Below are positions 1-9,038 of a stretch of DNA of 27,162 nt, piece after piece. Numbering within the stretch: position 1 is the stretch's first letter; each line of letters begins with the position of its first letter. Made by a program: the position numbers and the translations under genes. Under the pieces are notes generated by a model that saw only the letters and a list, made by a program, of their open reading frames with translations, was not told the DNA's origin and did no database searches. The stretch comes from an uncultured delta proteobacterium (GTDB lineage Bacteria; Myxococcota_A; Polyangia; Polyangiales; Polyangiaceae), in contig CAVQUB010000031.1 in assembly GCA_963716725.1 (NCBI GenBank), positions 1-27,162 on the forward strand. The letters run 5' to 3'.

Positions 1-1
1 A

Positions 2-469
2 GTGCCAACTCGAGCCAGGACGCTGAACGCGACCGAGTTCCTGACTCTCGAGCACATCGAGCCGTTCGCAATGGGCGGACCGACGACGGAGGACAACTGC
101 TGTTTGCTCTGTTCAGCTCACAACTCCTACCGCGCGCGACAGGTCTTCGGCACCGAGCACATCCGGAAGAAGGTCGCGGAGGCGGGGACGCTTCGGAACG
201 AGGCGCGAGCGCGTCGGGCTGAGGCGCGAGCGCGTCGGAACGCTGGCAACGCGCCTCAGCCCGAAACGGCTGCGGTTTCTGAAGCGCCGGCGTTCCCGGC
301 CACGCGCGATTGCTTCGAGAAGGTCGTCGCCGGACTCACGGGTCTCGGGTTTGCGCGATTGGAGGCGCGGCGAGCCGTCGAAGAAGTGCGACAGCGCGGA
401 GTCGAGCCGCTACCCGAGCCGGTGCTGCGCGCGGCGCTCTGCGTGCTCACACCCGACCGACCGGGCTGA
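2..469 (+). CDS. HNH endonuclease domain protein, 3' part (5' end outside the window), with C-terminal RuvA domain III-like helical bundle
   Basis: EHIEPFAMGGPTTEDNCCLLCSAHN fits the HNH motif; FEKVVAGLTGLGFARLEARRAV...VLRAAL resembles RuvA C-terminal domain; frame is open to the window edge. Confidence 0.75.
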   Translation: MPTRARTLNATEFLTLEHIEPFAMGGPTTEDNCCLLCSAHNSYRARQVFGTEHIRKKVAEAGTLRNEARARRAEARARRNAGNAPQPETAAVSEAPAFPATRDCFEKVVAGLTGLGFARLEARRAVEEVRQRGVEPLPEPVLRAALCVLTPDRPG

Positions 470-904
470 GTCCGTACATCGAAGGCCTCCGGGCCCGCCG
501 CGAGGCCGAGCGCTGCGCCGCTGAGGAACGCGCCGCGACGGATGCGGATCGACAGCCTCGAGCAGGCGTCACCTGGACGGCGCCGTGTTGGGCTTGGCTG
601 CACTGGGCTGAGCGAAGGTGTCCACGGCGCACGTCCGCACGATAGCCAGCCCTGCCCAAGGCCTGGCACACCAGCATTCGAGGGGTCCGCTCGGGTTGTT
701 GCTGCCGCATGCCACGTGGTCCTTGGTGGCTGACTTGATAGCGCCCACGCAGGTTCCGTTCTGCCCCCATTGGTAGAGCACCGTGCTCTCCGGACGGTGG
801 CGGAAGCGCGGGCTCTCGGGCTTGAGCGATTGTGCGCGCGCGGGGCGACCCACGCCTCGCCAGCATCAGCGAACCGCGTGGCTGCTCCGGCCCGCGCGGC
901 GGAA

Positions 905-925
905 CACGCTTCAAGGGGAAGCGTG
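905..925. other. Perfect 8-bp stem / 5-nt loop hairpin 21 bp downstream of the FGE lipoprotein stop
   Basis: CACGCTTC-AAGGG-GAAGCGTG; no U-tract, so not a typical intrinsic terminator. Confidence 0.6.
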
Positions 926-946
926 ACGAGCTGACCAATCGTACCT

Positions 947-2800
947 TCAGGGTGTCCTGGCGCAACGCAGCCCGACGTCGTTGACGCGATCCGACGGCGA
1001 GATGTTGCTGCGGCTCGACGTGAGCAGGTACGACGCACTGTCGTTGAACGAGCCGCCCCGCCTCACGCGGTAGGAAGCGGCACCTAGCTGGGAACAATTA
1101 TTGCATGGGTTGACGTATGAGCTCGAGTGCCAATCCAGGTTCCACTCCCACATGTTCCCCCCGAGGTCCGCCTGGCCCCACTTGCCGTTGCCCGCGGCGA
1201 CCGAGCCGACCGGCGCGATGTTCGTGAACCCATTGCAAGAGCCCGTCCCGTTGTAGTAGCAGCCGTACACTGCGAGGTTCGCGTTCGCTCCCGGTGCCGT
1301 GGCCCCCCACGGATACGCCCGCTGCTCACTTCCCCCCGCCGCCGCGTAGTTCCACTCCGCCTCGCTCGGCAGAAACCCCCCGTCCCAGGTGCAGAACGCT
1401 GCTGACTGAAACCAGTTCACGCAGTTGATGGGACGCGTCTCGTTCGATCCTGCACTCGGCGTCCACGTCGAGTACACCGCGCTGCAATTCAGCGAACTCG
1501 CGCCATCCCAGGTCGCCTGGCTCGTGTGCAGCTCCGTGTTCCACGTCGTGTCCCACCCCGGCTCGTTGCCGCCTCCCGTCGCCGCAAGCCCGCTGCCTCC
1601 GTTCAGGTGCGTGTGCTTGCCCGAGCCCGCTGCCGGCTTCCAACCCCCCACCGCCGCCGCCACGAACTTCCGGAACCGGCCCACCGTCACCTCGTGCTTG
1701 TCCAGGCGGAAGTTGCTCACCGTCGCGGGGTAGCTCGCGTCGTTGCTCCGGTTGAACGTCCCGCCCGCCACCACTGGGCTCGTGCAGCAGCTCTCGTTTC
1801 CCGACGGCCCGCAGTTCGATGTCAAGCCCTGGCAACTCGGCGGCGTTGCCGTGCACGCTACCGGGTAGCAGAAGGGCGTGGCGCCGCTGCACGCGGCGGC
1901 CGTGCCCCACTGGCCGCTCGACGAGCACGTCTGCACGCCATTGCCAGAGCACTGCGTCGCGTTGGGCGCGCACACGCCCGTGCACGCTCCGCCCACGCAC
2001 ACCTGGTTCGTGCACGCCGCCGCCGTTCCCCACTGCCCGCTCGACGAGCACGTCTGCACGCCATTGCCAGAGCACTGCGTCGCGCCGGGCGTGCACACGC
2101 CCGCACACGCTCCGCTGCTGCACACGAATGGACAGGCTGCGACCGTTCCCCACTGGCCGCTCGACGAGCACGTCTGCACGCCATTGCCAGAGCACTGCGT
2201 CGCGTTGGGCGCGCACACGCCCGTACACGCTCCGTTGATGCATGCGTAGGAACAGACCGAACCGCTCACCCAGTTCCCGTTCGTGTCGCAGGTCTCTGGC
2301 ACAAGCCCGGCACACTTCTTCGCACTCGGCGTGCACACGCCCGTGCACGAGCCCGAGACGCAGACGTACGCGCAGGGCGCACCGTTCTGCCACTGGCCGC
2401 TGCCGTCGCACGTCTGCACGACCAGGCCGCTGCACTGCTTGCTTGCCGGCGTGCACACGCCCGCGCCGCCAGTCCCTCCCGTCGCGCCGCCAGTCCCTCC
2501 CGTCGCGCCGCCAGTCCCTCCCGTCGCGCCGCCAGTCCCTCCCGTCGCGCCGCCAGTCCCTCCCGTCGCGCCGCCAGTCCCTCCCGTCGCGCCGCCAGTC
2601 CCTCCCGTCGCGCCGCCAGTCCCTCCCGTCGCGCCGCCAGTCCCTCCCGTCGCGCCGCCAGTCCCTCCGCTGCCGGCGCCAGCGTCCGGGTCGGCCACCT
2701 CCACCTGTTGATCCTCGGAGCCGCAGCCGCCGAGAAGCAACGCCAACACAGTGAGCTTGCCCCAAGAGATCGTCGTGCGTCTTGCCATCTTGCCGTTCAT
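947..2800 (-). CDS. Lipoprotein with Gly/Thr linker, Cys-rich repeats and C-terminal FGE-sulfatase (SUMF1/CLec-fold) domain
   Basis: ATG 2800 preceded by AGGGAG; signal peptide ending in lipobox LGGC; motifs FRLDKHEVTVGRF, PINCVNW, LPSEAEW, DLGGNMWEW, RGGSF, GLRCAR. Confidence 0.9.
   Translation of the reverse strand: MNGKMARRTTISWGKLTVLALLLGGCGSEDQQVEVADPDAGAGSGGTGGATGGTGGATGGTGGATGGTGGATGGTGGATGGTGGATGGTGGATGGTGGATGGTGGATGGTGGAGVCTPASKQCSGLVVQTCDGSGQWQNGAPCAYVCVSGSCTGVCTPSAKKCAGLVPETCDTNGNWVSGSVCSYACINGACTGVCAPNATQCSGNGVQTCSSSGQWGTVAACPFVCSSGACAGVCTPGATQCSGNGVQTCSSSGQWGTAAACTNQVCVGGACTGVCAPNATQCSGNGVQTCSSSGQWGTAAACSGATPFCYPVACTATPPSCQGLTSNCGPSGNESCCTSPVVAGGTFNRSNDASYPATVSNFRLDKHEVTVGRFRKFVAAAVGGWKPAAGSGKHTHLNGGSGLAATGGGNEPGWDTTWNTELHTSQATWDGASSLNCSAVYSTWTPSAGSNETRPINCVNWFQSAAFCTWDGGFLPSEAEWNYAAAGGSEQRAYPWGATAPGANANLAVYGCYYNGTGSCNGFTNIAPVGSVAAGNGKWGQADLGGNMWEWNLDWHSSSYVNPCNNCSQLGAASYRVRRGGSFNDSASYLLTSSRSNISPSDRVNDVGLRCARTP
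1901..2234. repeat. Three near-identical ~120-bp intragenic repeats (Cys-rich modules)
   Basis: CACTG(G/C)CCGCTCGACGAGCACGTCTGCACGCCATTGCCAGAGCACTGCGTCGCG recurs at 1908, 2031, 2151; encodes ATQCSGNGVQTCSSSGQWG. Confidence 0.92.
2462..2668. repeat. Perfect 21-bp tandem repeat, ~10 copies, encoding (GGTGGAT)n
   Basis: Unit CGCGCCGCCAGTCCCTCCCGT x9 plus an 18-bp partial copy, no spacers. Confidence 0.97.
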
Positions 2801-3011
2801 GTTTGCCAGCTCCCTACCGCCGCAATGCCGAGCGTCCCCCGCGCGACGCTGGGACCCACCATCATCCACCGTGCGCCCGAGGGCGGCGCGTTGGACGGCG
2901 CGGGCACGACGCCGCCCGCGAGCAACGCGCCTCCGCCAATGAACGAAACGCCCTCGAGACCAGCCGCCCGCGACACGTCATCGCCCAGCGCGATGGTCGA
3001 TGTGGCGCAGT

Positions 3012-4484
3012 TCATGTTCGACCACCCAAGCCAACGGCGCTCGGCGGAGTGGCCGGCGCAACACTGGGTTTCTCTGTCGGCTTCGTGGGAGGCGTCCCTG
3101 GCTTTTCGGCGGGGGCAGGCTTGCCAACCGCAACGGGCTTCACGCCAGTCGGCTTCGACGTGGGACGACCGGCCTTGTCGATCGTTGCAGCGGAGGCAGA
3201 CGGCGCGGCCAAGACGGGTTCGATCACCGGAGCCGCGACGGGATCGGCCGGGACCACGGGGACCTCAGCGCTCGGTTCCCCCGACGCTGCGGACGCTGCC
3301 GACTCAGCCGGCGCACCGGCGTTTCCCAGCGCACTTCGCGCCACGAACACCAATCCGACGACTCCGACTAGCGCGGCAACCGCTCCGCCCGCGATGAGGA
3401 ATGGAAGTGCGGAGCGCTTTGGGATCTGCGGCGCCGTCTCGCTCCAGGCCGCAGCCGTCGCGGCGCCCGAGCCGCTCAGCGCGGTCGCCCCCGTGGTTGT
3501 GTTGCGCGCTTGCTGCAGGCCCTCCACGGCGTCCTGCGACGAAGGCGGCATCGCCAGCGCGCTCGCAGACAACCCCGCAGTGCTGATGATCCCCGAGATG
3601 CGCCTGACCGAAGCGCGCGCGTGCTTGGGCGCGAGCTCCGCGAGGGCCACCGCGAACTCGGCGACGTTGGCGTAGCGCTCTGCCGGCGCCTTTCGCAGGC
3701 AGCGCGCGATGACCGCATCGACCGCGGGCGGCAGATCCGGGCGGCGCATGCGCAGCGCTTCGTGCTCCTGCTGCAGCACCATCGCGCAGAGTTGCGGCAT
3801 CGTTTCCGCGTTGAAGGGCGGCACGCCGGAGACGATTTCGTACAAGATCGTCCCGAGCGCCCAGATGTCGGTGCGCGTGTCCACGTCCCGCGCGGACGAC
3901 ATTTGCTCGGGCGACATGTAGAGCGGCGAGCCCATCATCGCGGTGGTCTTGGTGAGGCCGAGATCTGGCCCCGAGCCCGCTGTGCCGGTGAGCTTCGAGA
4001 TCCCGAAGTCGAGCACCTTGACCAGCGGCGTGCCGTCCATGCGCTTGGTCAGAAACAGGTTCGATGGCTTCAGATCGCGGTGGATGATGCCCAGCGCGTG
4101 GGCTTCCGCGAGGGCTTCGCAAGCCTGGAGCAGGTACTCCGCCGCGACGTCTGTCGCGAGAGGTCCGGCCTCGCGGATGACGGCCGACAGGTCTCGACCC
4201 TCGAGATACTCCATGACCATGTACGGCGCGCCGGTGTCGAACGTCCCGACATCGATGATCCGAACCACGTGCTCGTTCTTGATCTTGGTCGCCGCGCGGG
4301 CTTCGCGCGCAAACCGCGCCACCGCCTCGGGCACCACCAGCGCCTCGGGCAGCAGGAACTTGATCGCGACCCGCTCGTCGAGCTGCAGATGGTGTGCGGC
4401 GACGACCGCGCCCATGCCGCCCATGCCGAGCAGCTTCTCGACGCGGTACTTACCCGCGAGAACGTCCCCTTCGTTGACGGTCAT
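3012..4484 (-). CDS. Membrane-anchored Hanks-type Ser/Thr protein kinase
   Basis: LGMGGMGAV, VAIK, HRDLKPSN, DFG, YMSPE, DIWALG; TM helix FLIAGGAVAALVGVVGLVFVA; Pro/Ala-rich tail. Confidence 0.95.
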   Translation of the reverse strand: MTVNEGDVLAGKYRVEKLLGMGGMGAVVAAHHLQLDERVAIKFLLPEALVVPEAVARFAREARAATKIKNEHVVRIIDVGTFDTGAPYMVMEYLEGRDLSAVIREAGPLATDVAAEYLLQACEALAEAHALGIIHRDLKPSNLFLTKRMDGTPLVKVLDFGISKLTGTAGSGPDLGLTKTTAMMGSPLYMSPEQMSSARDVDTRTDIWALGTILYEIVSGVPPFNAETMPQLCAMVLQQEHEALRMRRPDLPPAVDAVIARCLRKAPAERYANVAEFAVALAELAPKHARASVRRISGIISTAGLSASALAMPPSSQDAVEGLQQARNTTTGATALSGSGAATAAAWSETAPQIPKRSALPFLIAGGAVAALVGVVGLVFVARSALGNAGAPAESAASAASGEPSAEVPVVPADPVAAPVIEPVLAAPSASAATIDKAGRPTSKPTGVKPVAVGKPAPAEKPGTPPTKPTEKPSVAPATPPSAVGLGGRT

Positions 4485-4673
4485 GGATCCCTGGCCAACC
4501 CGCTGCGGCTCGAGAGTCGACCTCGCGCTGCGCTTGTTGTTACCGCTAGACCGGAACGTCGTCCATGGTCATTTGTTCGAGGCGCGCCCGTGCCGCGCGT
4601 CCTGCGTTGGAAACAAATGACTATGGGCAGCGCTCCGCGGCGCCCGGACCTCCTGCCTAAATCGGCCATCGAC

Positions 4674-5289
4674 TCACGGCGACCGCGCACACCGAAACCC
4701 CGCGTATTCGGTTCGGTCGGAGCGCGCGCCGTAGAGACGCAGCGCCGCGCGCATGGCTTCGCTCTCGTTCGTGAACACCCCGCCCCGTCCCACTCGAACC
4801 GCGACGTCGCGGGTGTCGGCGTAGTCCACGGACGCCGACACCGGGTAGAGATCAAATGCGTCAAACACCACCTCGGAGAGATTACCCGCCAGGTGGAGGT
4901 GTCCCCAGCGCCCTGCGCCCTGCGGCAAGCTCCACACCGGCGCGATGTCGTCGCTCCAACACGGGTAGGTCGCAGGGCCGCAAAAGACCGCCAGGTTCGG
5001 GTCGGGCGCGTTCATGCCCCACGGGTATCTTCGGTTCTCGTCCCCGCCCGCGGCGGCGTACTCCCACTCCGCTTCTGTGGGGAGGCGGCCACCATCCCAC
5101 GCGCAAAACGCGAACGCTTCGTACCAATCGACGCAGTTGATCGGGAGGGCGTCGGCCGGACCGCTCGTCGGCGACCAGGTCTCACCCTGGATGCAGCTCA
5201 GCAGCCGGAGCTCCCACTCGTCTGGGCTCTTGGGCAAGCGCGACGCTCCCGACGAAGCGCCCGACCCGCAGCGCCTTCCCGACGGTCAT
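4674..5289 (-). pseudogene. FGE-fold paralog with internal deletion (signal-peptide start joined out of frame to C-terminal half)
   Basis: ATG 5289 overlaps upstream TGA and reads MTVGKALRVGRFVGSVALA; another frame from ~5237 reads LPKSPDEWE..PINCVDWYEAFAFCAWDGGRLPTEAEWEY..GFRCARSP; the Cys-rich region and first half of the domain present in the paralogs are missing. Confidence 0.75.
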
Positions 5290-6555
5290 CGTGCGCAGCG
5301 GAAGCCCTCCATGGCGGTGCGCGCCGCAGCTGCAGAGGCTCCTCGATCCGCGCTTCGCAGGAACTGGAGGCCGACGGCCCACGCTCCCCCCCGGATGCTC
5401 CGCAGCGGGACGTCGTCGGTCTGCGCATAGTCCTGGCCAGCGTCCGCCGGGTACTCGTCGAATACGTCGAGCACCCATTCGAACATGCTTCCGGCGAGAT
5501 TCGAGATGTCCCCAACGGCCGGCTCCGGCTGGAGCGCTCCCGACCGAGGGAACGTCCGCGAGGCCACAGCCTGGGTAGGGTGCCCCGTCCCACGCGCATC
5601 CGTAGATCGCGCGGTCGTTGGTCGGGAGGGCCGCGCCCCACGGGAACCTCCTGTTCTCGTCTCCGCCGGCAGACGCATACTCCCACTCCGCTTCGGTGGG
5701 CAGGCGCCCGCCGTCCCAGGCGCAAAAAACGAAGGCGTCGTACCAAGTGACACAGCTGATCGGCTGATCGGCCTCAAACGAGTCGAGCGGGGCTCCGAAG
5801 CACGTTGATTCCAGCCGGGACTCCAGCTGTGCACGCCCTGCCGGCAACATCGCGTTCCAGCTCGAGCGCCAGCCGGAGTTCGGGATTTTCGGGTGCGCCC
5901 CCGCGCCCGCTGGAAGCGGCTGGTAGTCCCAGTGCTGAACGAAGCGGCGGAATCGCCCCACCGTGACTTCGAAGCGATCCAACTCGAAGTCCGACACCGT
6001 CACAGGCCGCTCGGGCTTCTCGTCCGAAGCGGCGATGGGGTCGGCCGCCGGTGAACCCTGCTTGAAGGTGCCGCCGGGCACTGCGATCTGATCACAACAG
6101 CTGATCCCCCCACATCCGAGCCCGCCTGCGCACGACTGCCCCGACACACCGTAGGTCGCGGCACAGATGCCGCGCTCGGCATCCACGCAGGTCGCCCCGG
6201 CCTCGCAGCACGAGTCCGCCCCGCAGAGCGTCTCGGTGGAGAGGCACTTCGTACAGCGTTCGACCCCCGTGAAGTCGGTGGCGCACCGCAGGGTGCCTTC
6301 ACAACAAGTGGGTCCGCACTCGGTCGTTCCGTTCGAGCAGTCGGGCACGCAGACTTCGGCCGCGGCGTACCACCTGAGCCCGTACTGACAAACGCCGCAG
6401 GTCGCTCCGGTGCAGTGATCGACGGCGGCGTAGTCGCTCGCGCCGGTAACCTGGCTGCAAGCAGCGATGACGCCTGCGAACACCGCCGGCGAAGCCAGCC
6501 TTCGCCGCCACTGCACCCGATGAAGATCCCGCGATCGCCGCATGTTGTCGTTCAC
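5286..6555 (-). CDS. Cys-rich FGE-sulfatase-fold lipoprotein, one frameshift at ~5500
   Basis: GTG 6555 overlaps upstream stop (ATG 6543 alternative); lipobox IAAC; removing one base at ~5500 restores GHLDLAGSMFEW...GFRCAR*. Confidence 0.85.
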
Positions 6556-7799
6556 TCGTTGCGCGCGCAGCGCAGGCCCTGCCAATCGTATGCCTCGCCG
6601 ACTGACGCCGCGGCTTCCCGGTGCGCAGACCGTAAAGTGATCGTCGCGAACGGCCACGCCCCCCCCCGAAACACCCGAGCCGGGCTGTCGGCTGCGAGCG
6701 CGTAGTCGCTCGTTGCTGTCACAGGGTACTGGCCGTACGCGTCGAGCACCCATTCGGTCATGCTCCCTCCCAAGTCGAGGTGTCCCCAGCGTCCGGCGCC
6801 GAGCGGTCTGCTGCCCACCGGAGGCATGTCTTCTTTCGTGCAGAGCCCTGGGTTGCCTCCGAAGGTGCAGCCCCACACTGCCAAATTCAGGTTCGGCTCC
6901 AGCGAGCCCCACGGGAACTCTCTGTCCTGTTCCCCGCCCGCTGCCGCGTACTCCCACTCGGACTCCGTGGGCAACCGCCCCCCATCCCAGGCGCAGAACG
7001 CGAATGCCAGATGCCAACCCACGCAGTTGATGGGCTTCGTCTCGTCACCGTGGTTCCAGGTCGAACCGAAAAGCCAGCTGATGCTCGCCTCCAGCTCGGG
7101 CCGGGAGACCGGCAACTTCGAGTTCCATTGAGTTCTCCAGCCCGAGTCGGGGATCTTCGGATGTGCCCCCGCCCCTGCGGGTGGCGGTACGTAATCCCAC
7201 TTTTCGACGAAGCTCCGAAACCGCCCGACAGTCACCTCGAGCCTGTCCAAGGAGAAGCCGGAGACCGCCGCAGAGCGTTCCGGTTTCTCGTCGTCGCTCG
7301 CGGCAATCGCGGCCTCGGGCGAGCCTTGAAGCAAGGTGCCGCCAGGCACCTCGATGCTCGCGCAGCAACTCACGCCGCCACAATCTGCGCCACCCGCACA
7401 CGACTGCTTGGGCACGCCATACGCGGACCAACACACGCCCCGGGCCGGGTCGACGCAAGTGGCGCCAGCCTCGCAGCAAGTGTTTGCCCCACAGGCGGCT
7501 GCGCTCGACTCGCACCTGCTGCAACGGGACTCACCCGACCCATCGGTGATGCAACTCAGTTCGCGCTCGCAGCACGTGGGGCCGCACACCTTGGTGCCCT
7601 CGGCGCACGCCGGCAAGCAAGTCGCAGCAGGGGCGTGCCAGCGCTGTCCTGCTGGACACACGCTGCAGAGCGGCCCGGTGCACCGCTGGGAGTCGGTGTA
7701 TTCGTCGGCGCCGGTCACGGTGTTGCACGCGGCGAGGCAGGTCGCCGACACGGCGAGGGTTCGAAGCCGCACGTTCAGGAATGGGCCGCCGAACCGCAC
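6552..7799 (-). CDS. Cys-rich FGE-sulfatase-fold lipoprotein
   Basis: Lipobox LAAC; FSLDRLEVTVGRF, PINCVGW, RLPTESEWEY, DLGGSMTEW, RGGAW, GLRCAR; collinear with the downstream paralog. Start may be slightly downstream. Confidence 0.9.
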   Translation of the reverse strand: MRFGGPFLNVRLRTLAVSATCLAACNTVTGADEYTDSQRCTGPLCSVCPAGQRWHAPAATCLPACAEGTKVCGPTCCERELSCITDGSGESRCSRCESSAAACGANTCCEAGATCVDPARGVCWSAYGVPKQSCAGGADCGGVSCCASIEVPGGTLLQGSPEAAIAASDDEKPERSAAVSGFSLDRLEVTVGRFRSFVEKWDYVPPPAGAGAHPKIPDSGWRTQWNSKLPVSRPELEASISWLFGSTWNHGDETKPINCVGWHLAFAFCAWDGGRLPTESEWEYAAAGGEQDREFPWGSLEPNLNLAVWGCTFGGNPGLCTKEDMPPVGSRPLGAGRWGHLDLGGSMTEWVLDAYGQYPVTATSDYALAADSPARVFRGGAWPFATITLRSAHREAAASVGEAYDWQGLRCARNE

Positions 7800-7802
7800 G
7801 GC

Positions 7803-8927
7803 TCAGAAGCCTCCACGAACCCCAGCGCCGCCGGGGATCATCACGACCTCGACCCTTGGGGGCAACCCTCTCCGCGGCGCCGTCGTGAGCAGACCGTACA
7901 CGCCGAGCCCGAGGCCCGCCGCGCCGACGCCGAACGCCACGGTGGAAACCGTGCCCCAGGTCTTGGATGACTGCAGATCCGCCTGCGCGGCCGGGCCACA
8001 CTCTTTCGCCGTCTGGTCACACTGCTCTTTGGCTTTGTCGAAGCGCGAGAGAGCAAGGATGCCGCTCACCGTGCCGGCGGCGACGCCGGTCGCACCCACG
8101 CCAAACCCCAGGTAGACGAGAGTTCGGTCGGGCGTGGGCTCGAGCGCCACGGACAGCTCCACGCGCTTCGCCGGCTCCACAGTCACAGTGCTCCGCTGCG
8201 ACTCGTGCCCCGCGGCTCGGACCTCCACCACGTGGGTGCCCTGCTTCACTCGCACTCGCGTTGGTGCAACGCCCGCAGCGACACCGTCGACAAACACGCG
8301 CGCGCCGGCAACGTTGGCGGCGACCGCAATGGCGCCGGAGAAGTCGACCCGCTGCAACACCACTCGCAGCTCGCGGGATTTCGCGCCAGGGAGCTCGATG
8401 TTTGCTTCGAACGGCTTGTAGCCCTCCGCGACCACTTCGACCTTGGCCGCGCCCGCGTTGAGAACCACCGGCGCGATCAGCGGTGTCTTGCCCACCACCC
8501 TGCCGCGCACGAGGACCCGAGCGCCGTCGACCGAGCAGTGGAGCTGAAGTCGGGCAATCTTGTCCTTCAGAGCTTCGACCAGAGTGAAGAGCTCTGACTG
8601 CTGTGATTCGTTGAGCGTTCCCGCCTGAGCCTCCGCGATGAACGCCTGATACGACGCGAGGGCCTCGGGAAATCGCTCGAGCGCCGCAAACGCTTGGGCG
8701 ACGTTGTAGTGCAAGCGCGCGTCGCGATGTTTTGCGAGGGAGGCCTGGTAGGCGCCGAGGGCGTCGGCGTACCGGCGCCCATCAAAGGCCTCGTCCGCCT
8801 TCGACTTCAGTGCCGCGGCTTCTTCTGGGTTGCCCGCCGCGACACGGGGCGCGACCGCGAGCACCGCCGCGAACCAGCACGCCGCTGGCAGAGCGCGGCT
8901 GCTCCTGGGACGTCCACCGGCAATCAC
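7803..8927 (-). CDS. Secreted TPR + tandem PEGA domain protein with hydrophobic C-terminal region
   Basis: Signal peptide; TPR-like YADALGAYQASL..LHYNVAQ; PEGA repeats GARVLVRG..GKTPL and GARVFVDG..GTHVVEVRAAGH. Confidence 0.88.
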   Translation of the reverse strand: MIAGGRPRSSRALPAACWFAAVLAVAPRVAAGNPEEAAALKSKADEAFDGRRYADALGAYQASLAKHRDARLHYNVAQAFAALERFPEALASYQAFIAEAQAGTLNESQQSELFTLVEALKDKIARLQLHCSVDGARVLVRGRVVGKTPLIAPVVLNAGAAKVEVVAEGYKPFEANIELPGAKSRELRVVLQRVDFSGAIAVAANVAGARVFVDGVAAGVAPTRVRVKQGTHVVEVRAAGHESQRSTVTVEPAKRVELSVALEPTPDRTLVYLGFGVGATGVAAGTVSGILALSRFDKAKEQCDQTAKECGPAAQADLQSSKTWGTVSTVAFGVGAAGLGLGVYGLLTTAPRRGLPPRVEVVMIPGGAGVRGGF

Positions 8928-9038
8928 GCGCGCGAGATGCTAACAGAATCCCACCGAACCCCGTAGCGGAACTGCCGGTTGCCTTCCCGCGCGCCGCGAG
9001 TCCGTGATAACGAGCGCCGGGTTCAGATGGGAGCCGCC

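Noticed and set aside
470..645. Possible gene remnant (LSPYIEGLRARREAERCAAEERAA)
   Set aside because: Coding-like helix but no start, family motif or continuation I can support.
2462..2668. CRISPR array
   Set aside because: No spacers; in-frame coding tandem repeat; no cas genes.
1526..5750. Long plus-strand ORFs (623 aa, 746 aa)
   Set aside because: Arg/Ala-rich antisense shadows of real minus-strand genes in high-GC DNA.
947..7799. Active formylglycine-generating enzymes or a complete DGR
   Set aside because: Catalytic Cys pair absent, no sulfatase; no reverse transcriptase, Avd or template repeat visible in the window.
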